Positions 10,417-20,005 of a stretch of DNA of 64,000 nucleotides are shown here, piece by piece. This DNA comes from Promethearchaeota archaeon (GTDB lineage: Archaea > Asgardarchaeota > Lokiarchaeia > Sigyniarchaeales > SOKP01): positions 128,001 to 192,000 of the forward strand of contig JAUVNS010000001.1 of the NCBI GenBank assembly GCA_030599585.1. Direction: 5' to 3'. Positions within the stretch are counted from its first letter, which is position 1. The number at the start of each line of letters is the position of its first letter. A program made the position numbers and the translations under genes. Below the pieces are notes generated by a model, which saw only the letters and a list, made by a program, of their open reading frames with translations, had not been told where the DNA came from and did no database searches.

Positions 10417-11001
10417 ATGGCGGATTTAAATTTAGATGTAACGTATTTTGAAAAGGGAGGATCTCAAAATACACAGAGGGCTTTGGAAATAGCAAAAAAA
10501 TACGCAGATCAATTTGGTATAAAGGATATCGTCATCGCCAGCACCACAGGAGCATCTGCTGAAAAAGCTGCAGAAATTTTTGACCCAAAGGATTACAATA
10601 TAATGATTGTGACCCACGCCTACTACTTTGTCAACAGTACAACAAGACAAGAATTTCCTGAGGAAAAATTGAATAATCTTAAGGAACTTGGCTTAAACTT
10701 TCATATTGGGACACATTCAATGAGTGGCATTGAAAGAGGAATACGATTGAAAAAAGAAGCTTGGCAATTTGTCGATTTATTAGCTAAGATGTTAGGATAC
10801 CACTTCAGTCAGGGCGTTAAAGTATGCATAGAGATATCAGCAACAATTTGCGATGCAGGACTAATCCCCGACCTTGAAAGAGACATAATCGCAGTCGGGG
10901 GCACTGGAAGAGGTGCTGATACAGTTTGTTTAATTAAACCTGCACCAACAAGCGATTTTAAGAATCTTCGAGTAAAAGCAATATTAGCTAAACCTCTATA
11001 A
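10417..11001 (+). CDS. Stand-alone pyruvate kinase C-terminal-like domain protein (MTH1675-like)
   Basis: VTYFE..G..NT, IASTTG, GVKVCIEI...DAGLI, GGTGRGADT. Confidence 0.85.
   Translation: MADLNLDVTYFEKGGSQNTQRALEIAKKYADQFGIKDIVIASTTGASAEKAAEIFDPKDYNIMIVTHAYYFVNSTTRQEFPEEKLNNLKELGLNFHIGTHSMSGIERGIRLKKEAWQFVDLLAKMLGYHFSQGVKVCIEISATICDAGLIPDLERDIIAVGGTGRGADTVCLIKPAPTSDFKNLRVKAILAKPL
10969..11001 (+). repeat. Direct repeat copy 1 (3' end of gene 10417-11001), repeated at 12011-12043
   Basis: cgagtaaaagcaataTTAgctaaacctctataa vs cgagtaaaagcaataCTTgctaaacctctataa; 31/33 identical, synonymous Leu change. Confidence 0.9.
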
Positions 11002-11007
11002 AAAGCA

Positions 11008-11161
11008 ATTTTTAGTTTTTGCAATACCATTTCTTTATGTTCGTGAAAAACAGAAAAAAAGTAAAAGACCTCCTGTAGGTAAATTAATCGGTAATACTTT
11101 TAAGCAGCTAGGCAGTACATTTAAAGACATTAGAAAACATAAGTCAATGTTAATCTTTATT
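11008..11161 (+). pseudogene. Internal fragment of the MFS gene (diverged copy of 14264-14417)
   Basis: Colinear ~154-bp match at offset 3256 encoding FLVFAIPFLYVREKQKKSKRPPVGKLIGNTFKQLGSTFKDIRKHKSM; most differences synonymous; no start codon. Confidence 0.9.
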
Positions 11162-11275
11162 AATATACTTCCATTCAGATATTCTTCTTTTTTAATAATT
11201 ATTAAAACAACACATCACATTGAGATGAAGTGATATTCTGCTTCTTTTTAAAAAAAAAAAGAATAAAATTTTGAT

Positions 11276-11830
11276 TTATAGATATGTTTGTATGAATAAA
11301 ATTGTATCATCAATTCTGTTATCGCCCGTGTTATCGCCAGTAGCTGCTCGAATGGAAAATTCGTAATCTCCAGCAGCTAAACCCGAAATAGAATATTGAA
11401 GTGAGACCATACGAAGGCTATCTTCTGCTTCCGAGTTTACTTCTCCAACATATGCATATGGTGCGGGTATTGCCGTACCATTTTGATATATTAAACTCTG
11501 AATCCATTCATAAACTCCAGAATTATCTATTGTATATTTTGCATTAAAGGAGATATATACAGATTCACTTGTATTTACAGTAATAACTATCTGCATATTC
11601 GTGAGGGTGGTAAAAGTGGGTTGTTGTGAAGGCGTTTGGGATGTTAAATACTCCGCATACCATATCTCTTGCACTATATTTCCTTCTCCTGTGGGTGATG
11701 TGGGTGATGTGGTTGATGTGGGGATGAGATTGTTAAAGTATATGAAAGAAAAACCTCCAAAACCCAATCCACTAATAGCTAATATAAATGCTAAAATGGC
11801 AATACCTCTTCCAGTTCTTGTTTTACCCAT
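11276..11830 (-). CDS. Membrane-anchored surface protein (N-terminal TM, Thr/Ser/Pro linker, beta-sandwich C-domain)
   Basis: IAILAFILAISGLGFGGFSFI; PTSTTSPTSPT encoded by 9-bp repeats near 11690-11722; beta-rich C-term with several NxS/T sequons. Confidence 0.75.
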   Translation of the reverse strand: MGKTRTGRGIAILAFILAISGLGFGGFSFIYFNNLIPTSTTSPTSPTGEGNIVQEIWYAEYLTSQTPSQQPTFTTLTNMQIVITVNTSESVYISFNAKYTIDNSGVYEWIQSLIYQNGTAIPAPYAYVGEVNSEAEDSLRMVSLQYSISGLAAGDYEFSIRAATGDNTGDNRIDDTILFIQTYL

Positions 11831-12010
11831 ATTGTCAATACCTCGTTTTTAAATAAGATTTTTTAAATTAAATGCTATTATTATTTTTTATTCTATTTAA
11901 TTTATTAAATCTTCTAACTTATTTCCTTTTATGTAAAAAAAGTGAATCCAAGTGATATATTGTGATAATGGTTGGGATTATTGGCGGAACAGGGATTGTA
12001 TTAATATTCA

Positions 12011-12043
12011 CGAGTAAAAGCAATACTTGCTAAACCTCTATAA
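12011..12043 (+). repeat. Direct repeat copy 2 (displaced 3' end RVKAILAKPL* of gene 10417-11001)
   Basis: See 10969-11001. Confidence 0.9.
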
Positions 12044-12099
12044 TTAATTCTAATATATTTCTTAAATAGAAGTAAGATGTAGCCTTACTACTATATAGA

Positions 12100-13218
12100 T
12101 TAGGGTGCGTTTTTTACTTTCTTTCTCATTTTATTTATTTTTTCTTCAATTTTTATTGCAGATTTTAAACTCAATTTGCTTAGTGCCACTTTTAACGAAG
12201 CTTTCCAACCCCAACTTTTATATATCTGACGTAGAATCAAGCTAAATATAACGAAAGTTAATAGGGAGGCAATCCAAATTTGAATGAGGTCTAACCTTTT
12301 GTAAAAAATAAAATATAAGAAATTATGCCCTAGAAAAACTGTAAAGGAGTAGTACGAGAAGTAAAAAAAAACGCGGTAACTTTTCTTGGTTTTAAAAACA
12401 TTATATTCTTCTAAAGTTATTAAAATTAGTAGTATTATCAAATCAATGCCTAATGTATATATTAACCAAGAAAAACTACTCCTAACAAGAAAATTTGGAA
12501 AATTGAATAATATTCCAAATGAAATTAGCGATAAACTTATGCCGCCTATGGGGAACCACATCTTTTTTTTAATCATTTTCCTTCTATGTACGAGATTTTT
12601 ATTTTTATTTAAATCATTTATGATATCTCCAACAATAGTTCCAAAAAGAAAGAAAGGAAAAAATAATAAAACAGGATCTTGACTAAAGTCGTTATAAAAA
12701 ATGTGATATAATACACCTTGAAGATTTTCTTGATTTTGAAATGGAATAAAAGTAAAATACATAAATTGGCTAATAAGCCATATAGAAAAACCAATCGCGA
12801 TTCTAGACTTCTTTGAAAACTTTAATAAAGGCCAAGATATAAGTAACGAAAATGCAGCAGTCATTAAGACAAACCAAGTCCAAATCCACGATAAATTAGA
12901 TATCGTTAAAGCAATAGCCAAGTTATAAATTATTGCTATTATTAATAGAAAAGAAGCTCGAAGATAATAAGAGAGTTTTACCCTTGTGTAACTTATATCT
13001 TTTAATATTTCAACTCTATGCATGCGGTTTCGATATGACAATGCGACACTTACTCCAGAAATAAATAAAAAACCCGAAGCCCCAATTGGATCTATAATAC
13101 CTACGGTATTAGTTTGTAACCAATCACCACCACTAAACCACCAATCAATTAGGTGAGTTAAAAACATATAACTCATACACATGCCACGAAAAATGTCAAT
13201 ACTTTTAAATCTCTGCAT
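12100..13218 (-). CDS. Heparan-alpha-glucosaminide N-acetyltransferase-like (DUF1624/acyltransferase-3-like) membrane protein
   Basis: R..SID.FRG..M..M...H, FLFISGVS, multi-TM. Confidence 0.8.
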   Translation of the reverse strand: MQRFKSIDIFRGMCMSYMFLTHLIDWWFSGGDWLQTNTVGIIDPIGASGFLFISGVSVALSYRNRMHRVEILKDISYTRVKLSYYLRASFLLIIAIIYNLAIALTISNLSWIWTWFVLMTAAFSLLISWPLLKFSKKSRIAIGFSIWLISQFMYFTFIPFQNQENLQGVLYHIFYNDFSQDPVLLFFPFFLFGTIVGDIINDLNKNKNLVHRRKMIKKKMWFPIGGISLSLISFGILFNFPNFLVRSSFSWLIYTLGIDLIILLILITLEEYNVFKTKKSYRVFFYFSYYSFTVFLGHNFLYFIFYKRLDLIQIWIASLLTFVIFSLILRQIYKSWGWKASLKVALSKLSLKSAIKIEEKINKMRKKVKNAP

Positions 13219-13242
13219 TTTCCTATTGATTAATATTCCATA

Positions 13243-13500
13243 CTATTTATGAATTTTTACTTTTTCTAACCTTTTGGCTAAACCTGAGCTCAATCTTCTT
13301 CCAAATAGCACTTTAATAGAAAGAAATGAGAGGTTTCTCTCTTTTTGATTTTGTATTCGAAAAACATCAAAAATAACCTCTCCTATAATGGTACTTCTTA
13401 AAACAAAGCTGAAATAGTGAGGCAATGGGATGCATCTATAGAGTTATATAAGATATAATATAGAATCCCAGTAATATTATTTTGCCCTTGGTATAAAAAG
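13243..13500 (-). pseudogene. Degraded, internally deleted remnant of a tandem paralog of 12100-13218
   Basis: YQGQNNITGILYYILYNS / PHYFSFVLRSTIIGEVIFD / SIKV..RLSSGLAKRLEK align with FQNQENLQGVLYHIFYND / FFPFFLFGTIVGDIIND / SLKVALSKLSLKSAIKIEEK; frameshifted. Confidence 0.65.
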
Positions 13501-13631
13501 TGTGAGTCTAAATTTCTTCTTTTTATTTTTTGAAGGCTTTGAAGAAATCTGAATCCGTTGACACAAAATTTATAAGAATATGGATTACAAAATCTATCAA
13601 TTAAAATTATCTATATATAAAAATGATTTAA

Positions 13632-15041
13632 ATGTCGTTAGATATTAAAAACGAAGAAATTGAAGTAGAAACTATAACAACTAAGCGCAATGTGTTTTTT
13701 TGGGCGATGTACGATTTAGCTAATACGATTTATTCCATGGTTATTGTCAGTCTAATAATTAATCGTTATATACTGGTGATAGGCCAAGCCGAATACGGAA
13801 TGTCTTATGGTGAAGCTAACTTTCTCTTTGGTGTAGTTGCCTTTGTTATGCAGATAGCAATAGCAATCTGTATACCTTTTTTAGGAGCGCTGAGTGATAA
13901 TGTAGGAAAGCGTAAACCATTTGTTATAAGCTTAACAGGGATAATCATTCTCTTTGCCGGGCTATTGGGATTTTCCCATGATCTTACATTAGTTTTCTTG
14001 TTTTTTATTATTGCAAATGTTTCTTATCAATTTAGTTTAATGTTCTATGACGCAATGCTTCCATTTATTGCTAAAAGGGAAGATCTTGGAAAGGTTGCTG
14101 GTTTTGGAGTCGCGTGGGGCTACTTTGGTACGATTATTTCTCTCTTTATCATGATGCCTTTAATCCTTGGACCATTGGGGGACATGAATTCTGATCCTTC
14201 ACAAGGTCCAATCGTATATGGCTATGCTGGTGATTGGTTCACATTTGTCTTACCCATGATTCTATTTTTAGTTTTTGCAATACCATTTCTTTACGTTCGT
14301 GAAAAGCAGAAGAAAGGTAAAAGACCTCCAGTAGGGAAGTTAATCGGTAATACTTTTAAGCAGTTAGGTAGTACATTTAAAGAGATTAGAAAACATAAAT
14401 CAATGATTATTTTCATTATTGGTTACTTCTTTGTTGCTGATGTTGCTAATGTCATAGTTCTTTATATGACTCCACTTGTTACTGATGGGTTAGTTATTGG
14501 AACTGGGGGAACTTCATCTACATTTTATGCCATACTTTTTATAATAATTGCCACATTTTCTGCCGTGGTTTTTACTTATTTCGTTGGAAAGTTTGGTGAA
14601 AAATACGGAGCAAAGAAAACATTTTACCTCGTAGGGACTTTATGGGCTGTTGCACTAATAATTGGAGTTATATTAGTATTTACAACACCGTCCATCGAAG
14701 TTGGCGCAAATATCCCTTTTATATTTAGCCTTATTATGGGAGTGGTAGCCGGACCAGCTCTGGGAGGAACATGGACAGCACAACGAATCATGGTAATTGA
14801 GCTTGCTCCTAAAGAAAAGTTCGGAGAGTTTTTTGGTTTTTCAAAGTTAAGCGGAAAACTATCTTCAGCATTAGGGCCATTAGTTTGGGGTACTGTTATG
14901 TTAACTTACGATGTAATAGGCAAGGCAGCATATGGTTGGGCAATGATATCTGTAGGTATTATATTGGCATTAGGCATCTTTATCCTAAGCTTCGTCCAAA
15001 AAGAGAATAATAATGATTTAGTGTTAAAACAAGCGCGATAA
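13632..15041 (+). CDS. MFS transporter, UMF1/Atg22-like
   Basis: WAMYDLANT, FYDAMLP, G...GYFG, GEFFGF. Confidence 0.88.
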   Translation: MSLDIKNEEIEVETITTKRNVFFWAMYDLANTIYSMVIVSLIINRYILVIGQAEYGMSYGEANFLFGVVAFVMQIAIAICIPFLGALSDNVGKRKPFVISLTGIIILFAGLLGFSHDLTLVFLFFIIANVSYQFSLMFYDAMLPFIAKREDLGKVAGFGVAWGYFGTIISLFIMMPLILGPLGDMNSDPSQGPIVYGYAGDWFTFVLPMILFLVFAIPFLYVREKQKKGKRPPVGKLIGNTFKQLGSTFKEIRKHKSMIIFIIGYFFVADVANVIVLYMTPLVTDGLVIGTGGTSSTFYAILFIIIATFSAVVFTYFVGKFGEKYGAKKTFYLVGTLWAVALIIGVILVFTTPSIEVGANIPFIFSLIMGVVAGPALGGTWTAQRIMVIELAPKEKFGEFFGFSKLSGKLSSALGPLVWGTVMLTYDVIGKAAYGWAMISVGIILALGIFILSFVQKENNNDLVLKQAR

Positions 15042-15146
15042 GGAAATACTTATAACCTTTTTTTTTATTTTTTTAAACTGATAGCAATTCAACTTTAGCT
15101 CAACAGATACTAAAAAGATAATAAGAAAAAGATAAAAAAAGAAATT

Positions 15147-16334
15147 TTAAATTATATCTAATTTTTTTCCAACTTTTTCAATGGAAGCTAGCGCCAAGTT
15201 TAAATCTTCTTTAGTTAACAAGGCGTTCATCTGAACTCGAATCCTTGACAATTCTCTTGCGACCATAGGGAAGACTATTGGTGTGCCATAGATATTTTCT
15301 TCTTCGAACAAGATTCTTGCGAGTTCTTGAGCTTTACCAGGATCGCCAATAATCAAAGGAATGATTGGCGTTTCTGATCTACCAGTGTCGTATCCCATAC
15401 TTTGAACTTCTTTCTTGAAATAGTTAGTGTGTTCCCAGACTGCTTTAAAGTGTTGAGGTTCGTTTTCAACAACTTCTATTGAAGCGATGTTAGCTGCTAC
15501 TATTCCAGGTGGATGAGCAGTGCTTAACAAATATGTTCTACTTTTGTTCGTACAGAATTCAATCAAGTCTTTAGAACCAGCGACGGTGCCGCCAAACACT
15601 CCGAATCCTTTGCTCATTGAGCCTCCTTCCACGTGAACTTTTCCTTGTAAATTAAAATGTGCAACGATACCTTTACCTTCTCCAAGAATGCCTTCTCCAT
15701 GGCAATCATCCACGAAAACCATAGCTCCAAAATCTTCCGCTACGCCTACAATCTTATCTAAAGGAGCCATGTCTCCATCCATGCTAAAAACTCCATCAGT
15801 AATGATGCAAATTCTTCTAGCTCCACCTTTTTCAGCTTCTTTTAATTGTTTTTCTAAATCTGAAATATCTCTATGTTTAAAAATAACCCGTTTCGCACCG
15901 GATAACCTAACGCCATCAATAATAGAACCGTGGTTTAATTCATCTGAGACAACTATGTCGGGCTTTCCAACCAACATCGGAATTAATCCCGAGTTTACTG
16001 CAAATCCTGTCTGACATAAGAGCGATGCTTCGACTTCTTTATATTTCGCAAATTTTTCTTGAAATTCACGGGTTAAATCAAAACTCCCAGCAATAACTGG
16101 AACTGCCCCTGCTCCTGCCCCATATTTTTTAGTGGCGTCAATTGCTGCCTGAATAATTTTTGGATGTGTAGCTAATCCCAAATAATTATTTGTATTAAGC
16201 ATCAATACTTCTTTTCCATTTACAATGCAATGTGGCTTAGAACCTCCTTCTAAATATCGAATAACCCATTCAAGATTGTTGCCTCTCAATTCGGTCATAT
16301 CCTCCTTAAGAAAAGCAACTGGATCTCTCTTCAT
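15147..16334 (-). CDS. kbl: Glycine C-acetyltransferase (2-amino-3-ketobutyrate CoA ligase)
   Basis: NNYLGLA, SDELNHGSIIDG, TDGVFSMDGD, DDCHG, SMSKGFG (PLP Lys), RIRVQM; divergent from tdh. Confidence 0.88.
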   Translation of the reverse strand: MKRDPVAFLKEDMTELRGNNLEWVIRYLEGGSKPHCIVNGKEVLMLNTNNYLGLATHPKIIQAAIDATKKYGAGAGAVPVIAGSFDLTREFQEKFAKYKEVEASLLCQTGFAVNSGLIPMLVGKPDIVVSDELNHGSIIDGVRLSGAKRVIFKHRDISDLEKQLKEAEKGGARRICIITDGVFSMDGDMAPLDKIVGVAEDFGAMVFVDDCHGEGILGEGKGIVAHFNLQGKVHVEGGSMSKGFGVFGGTVAGSKDLIEFCTNKSRTYLLSTAHPPGIVAANIASIEVVENEPQHFKAVWEHTNYFKKEVQSMGYDTGRSETPIIPLIIGDPGKAQELARILFEEENIYGTPIVFPMVARELSRIRVQMNALLTKEDLNLALASIEKVGKKLDII

Positions 16335-16522
16335 ATGTTCATATCACCTTAAATTTTTTTGAATCATGTGTAAATTAATAAATTAAGTCTATTTAGAAAC
16401 CTATATTAGTTTTTGCTATAAGAAATAAAAGGGGTTCAAAGTGGGAGAAAAATGGATAAACCTTTTTTAATTGGGTGAATTATGAACTTCATTATTGTTA
16501 CTAAGAATTATGAACATGAAAA

Positions 16523-17485
16523 TTGATGAATATGAGTAGAAAAAGAAAAATACTTGTAATAGGCAGCGCTGGTCAGATCGGCTCTGAACTAGTTCCTGCG
16601 TTAAGAACAAAGTACGGTGGAGAAAACGTAATAGCTACTGGTAGAAGAACTCCACTTCCCGATGCTATTAAAAATTCGGGACCAGTAATCTACTTAGATG
16701 CACTAGATAAGGATTCTATTGCAAAAGTTATCTTCGAATATGAAATCGATACTATCTTTCACATGGCTTCAATTTTATCTGCTACCGGAGAAAAAATACC
16801 TCAAACAGCTTGGGATATAAATTTAAATGGTTTAATTAATGTTTTGGAAGTTGCGAGAAGTTATAAAATTGATAGAGTCATTTGGCCTAGCTCCATAGCG
16901 GCTTTTGGTCCTACAACTCCCCGAGAGAATACACCTAATATTACGGTGCTACAACCGACTACGATGTATGGGATAACCAAAGTAGCGGGAGAACTTCTTG
17001 CAGAATATTACTATAATAAGTATAACTTAGATATAAGATCGATGAGATTACCGGGAATAATTAGCAGTGAAACTTTGCCAGGTGGCGGAACCACGGACTA
17101 CGCTGTGGAGATTTTTTACGAAGCTATTAAAAATAAACAATATACTTGCTTTCTAAAGGAAGATACAGTATTACCTATGTTGTATATGCCGGATTGTAGC
17201 AAATGTATGATAGACCTTCTAGAAGCAGACAATTCAAAATTAAAACGCCGAGTTTACAATTTAACAGGAATAAGTTTTTCTGCTGGTGAGATCGCAGCCG
17301 AGATCAAGAAACATATACCCGAATTCAAAATTGATTATAAGCCAGATTTCAGACAAGCAATAGCCGATTCTTGGCCTAAAACGATTGACGATTCGCTTGC
17401 TCGAGAAGAATGGGGCTGGAACCCTGAGTACGACCTTGAATCTATGACAAAAGATATGATCGATATTTTAAGTAAAAGATTGTAA
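16523..17485 (+). CDS. tdh: L-threonine 3-dehydrogenase, SDR/GalE-like type
   Basis: GSAGQIG, LSATGE, PSSIAAFG, MYGITK, PGGGTTDYAVEIF, RQAIADSWP. Confidence 0.9.
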   Translation: MMNMSRKRKILVIGSAGQIGSELVPALRTKYGGENVIATGRRTPLPDAIKNSGPVIYLDALDKDSIAKVIFEYEIDTIFHMASILSATGEKIPQTAWDINLNGLINVLEVARSYKIDRVIWPSSIAAFGPTTPRENTPNITVLQPTTMYGITKVAGELLAEYYYNKYNLDIRSMRLPGIISSETLPGGGTTDYAVEIFYEAIKNKQYTCFLKEDTVLPMLYMPDCSKCMIDLLEADNSKLKRRVYNLTGISFSAGEIAAEIKKHIPEFKIDYKPDFRQAIADSWPKTIDDSLAREEWGWNPEYDLESMTKDMIDILSKRL

Positions 17486-17552
17486 AAGTTATAAATCATA
17501 ATTCCTATTTTCTTTTTGATAATTTGTTATATTTACTAGCGAATTTTGTTAA

Positions 17553-18335
17553 GTGAGATATATAATGAAAATTGTATTTCATAAAAGATATTATAATTCA
17601 AGTTACGCAATGGATCCTGCGGCAGCTCCCGGGCGATTAGAAGGAATAGTCGATATTCTATCGAAAAACAAAGAGTACGTGTTTATCGAACCAAAACCTG
17701 CTATAAAAGAGGATATATTAAGAGCTCATACTGAACGACACTTTGAATATATTGAGCGTAATCCTTTACTGTTGGAGCTCGCATCTTTAGCTGCTGGAGG
17801 CGCAATTTTAGCTGCAGAAGAAGCTTACGATGGAAATCCTACTTTTGCTGTTATTCGACCTCCTGGTCATCACGCATCAGCAGACTCTTGTTGGGGTTTC
17901 TGCTACTTCAATAATATAAGCGTAAGCCTATTAAAACTGTTCTCAGAGGGTAAAATTAAATCAGCCTTCGTTCTCGATTTCGATTTGCACACAGGTGATG
18001 GTAACATCAATATCTTAAGCTTTAAAGAAGAAAGTTTTCGAGTAAAGATTCTCAATCCCGATTCAAGCGGAAGAACAGGTTATATTAAAGAAGTTAAGAA
18101 CTACATGGAAGAATTAGATAATATAGATATTTTTGTGGCTTCAGCTGGTTTTGATCAAGGAATTGATGATTGGGGTCATCTTTTATATCCTGAAGATTAT
18201 GATGATTTAGGGCTATTAATGAAAGAATATTCTGAAAAGCTATGCGAAGGGCGGAGATATGCGCTATTAGAGGGTGGTTATAATCACGATGCATTACCTA
18301 AAAATGTGAACTCTTTCTGTACAGGGTTTAAATAA
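17553..18335 (+). CDS. Histone deacetylase-family (AcuC/AphA-like) amidohydrolase
   Basis: RPPGHH, GFCYFNN, DFDLHTGDG, SAGFD, LEGGY. Confidence 0.92.
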   Translation: MRYIMKIVFHKRYYNSSYAMDPAAAPGRLEGIVDILSKNKEYVFIEPKPAIKEDILRAHTERHFEYIERNPLLLELASLAAGGAILAAEEAYDGNPTFAVIRPPGHHASADSCWGFCYFNNISVSLLKLFSEGKIKSAFVLDFDLHTGDGNINILSFKEESFRVKILNPDSSGRTGYIKEVKNYMEELDNIDIFVASAGFDQGIDDWGHLLYPEDYDDLGLLMKEYSEKLCEGRRYALLEGGYNHDALPKNVNSFCTGFK

Positions 18336-18363
18336 AAAAAATGATACTTAAACTTGGATTATA

Positions 18364-19491
18364 CTACTTCCCTTTGAAGTAATCTAGCACTTTTTTAAGA
18401 CAGAGGTATGAACTTTGATTCTTGGTAACGTCACAAATAGTCGTATAGTTAACAAAAATCATGTGTTTTACCCCTGTTTTAAAATATTTTTCTACTTTCT
18501 CAATTATTTCATCGGGTGTGCCATTTAAAAAATTATCTTTGCACATCTTCATTGGAATTTTCTCATATGCTTCCAATAGTGTCTTTTTGTCGTATTTCGT
18601 TGGAATAAAATCATAGATACCATTAAAGTTTTCACCTAACGGATGTGAGATACCATAACTCTGAAAATATTCACTTGACCCTACTAGCAGTTGATTTTTA
18701 GCAAGGGGGCTTGCGAGCATTTTATCGCATTCCTCCCTTTTTTCATCTATTATTACCGGCAACGAAATACCCGGGGTTATCTCATCTGGATTCCGCCCTA
18801 CATTTTTGGCATGATTTTGAATTTTTTCTAAACTCTCTTTATAATCATCTAGATTAATACTCCAAGGCAACCAACCATCTCCCAGTTTTCCTGTCAATTC
18901 TAGCATTTGAGGACCATGAGCACCAACCCATATAGGAGGAGCCTTATTTTTTCTGTAGGGTTTTAGTGAAAGGACCGCATCATTTAATTTCCAAAATTTG
19001 CCATCAAAATCTACTTTTTTATCGTGTTTCCATAAAAGTTTTATAATTTTAATCGATTCTTCTAGTCTACTAACAGGTTTTTCCCATTTAATCCCGTATG
19101 GTGTGACATTTTCTCCCTCTCCAAATCCAATCCCAAGAATTATCCTTCCTTTTGAAATGTGATCTAAAGTTATGATTAAGTGAGCAAGTAATGCCGGATG
19201 ATGTCGAAAAGTCTCAGTAACTGCAGTTCCTATACTAACTTTTTTGGTGTTATTTGCTATGATTGCCATTACAGGAAAAATGTTATACGAATCATGCGGG
19301 TTTTTGATAACTGATGCGATGTTTACAATATTTGGAGTCCAGATTGCATCTGGAAACCAACTCATAATATGATCTGGAACCCATAGAGAATCAAAACCAG
19401 CTTTCTCATACATTTTTGTCGTTTTAATTCCGTTTTCAAAAGGAGGAGTATATGTATTAAATATTCCTATCTTTACTTCACTAATATCCAT
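18364..19491 (-). CDS. LLM-class (luciferase-like, likely F420-dependent) oxidoreductase
   Basis: GFDSLWVPDH, TLDHISKGRIILGIG.GE, PPIWVGAHGP, DGWLP. Confidence 0.9.
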   Translation of the reverse strand: MDISEVKIGIFNTYTPPFENGIKTTKMYEKAGFDSLWVPDHIMSWFPDAIWTPNIVNIASVIKNPHDSYNIFPVMAIIANNTKKVSIGTAVTETFRHHPALLAHLIITLDHISKGRIILGIGFGEGENVTPYGIKWEKPVSRLEESIKIIKLLWKHDKKVDFDGKFWKLNDAVLSLKPYRKNKAPPIWVGAHGPQMLELTGKLGDGWLPWSINLDDYKESLEKIQNHAKNVGRNPDEITPGISLPVIIDEKREECDKMLASPLAKNQLLVGSSEYFQSYGISHPLGENFNGIYDFIPTKYDKKTLLEAYEKIPMKMCKDNFLNGTPDEIIEKVEKYFKTGVKHMIFVNYTTICDVTKNQSSYLCLKKVLDYFKGK

Positions 19492-19654
19492 TTGATAACC
19501 TCAAATCTTTTTTTGGATTAATTAAATTTCAATTAAGAGATAATAGGATTTAAAGATTTACAAAAATGTGAAAGGCATTTTATTTAAAGGATATTTTTAT
19601 ATTGAAGATTAAAAGAATTTTTTTCTCATTTTCTTTAAAATTAGAATAAAAAAA

Positions 19655-19784
19655 TTAATGTATTTGATAGAAATGTTCTTCAAATTCAGGCTTGCCCTGA
19701 TACTTCTGCATGAAGATCAACGGGGCCTTTTCGATGTTCTTAAAAAGATAAGAAGGTGCTCTGATTCTTGCTTGTCTTAGAGCG
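19655..19784 (-). repeat. Displaced 130-bp duplicate of the 3' end of the DUF362 gene (22636-22765), including stop codon
   Basis: Colinear at offset 2981 with 6 differences; encodes ALRQARIRAPSYLFKNIEKAPLIFMQKYQGKPEFEEHFYQIH*. Confidence 0.95.
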
Positions 19785-19786
19785 GT

Positions 19787-19923
19787 GTTGCGCCACAGTT
19801 GAGATATTGCCCATCATACACCACCAGGTTGCGCGCTATTCGCGTCACTACGGTAGTGGTACCTTAAATATGTATCCTTCGGTTCAATGTACCACTAACT
19901 ACGTTCTGCTGAAGTGTCACAAC
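19787..19923 (-). other. GC-rich structured non-coding element (candidate ncRNA, element end or MITE)
   Basis: Terminal stem GTTGTGACAC/GTGGCGCAAC (G-U pair favours minus strand); perfect 9-bp stem TAGTGGTAC/GTACCACTA; CGCG-hairpin; much more GC-rich than flanks. Confidence 0.45.
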
Positions 19924-20005
19924 TAAATGTTTGAATTGTTCTGTCAAGGATTTGAATAGAAACAAAGTAGATATATAAATTGGATTATCCTATGTTGACG
20001 AAGTA

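Larger units (their letters stand above)
11002..12010. mobile_element. Small island A (~1 kb) bounded by duplicated gene 3' end; no integrase
   Basis: Flanking repeats 10969-11001 and 12011-12043; cargo is an MFS fragment, a surface protein and a TM-coding fragment. Confidence 0.6.

Noticed and set aside
19785-19925. Integron attC site or tRNA
   Set aside because: Ends are GTT...AAC rather than RYYYAAC...GTTRRRY; no cloverleaf or T-loop; no integron integrase in the window
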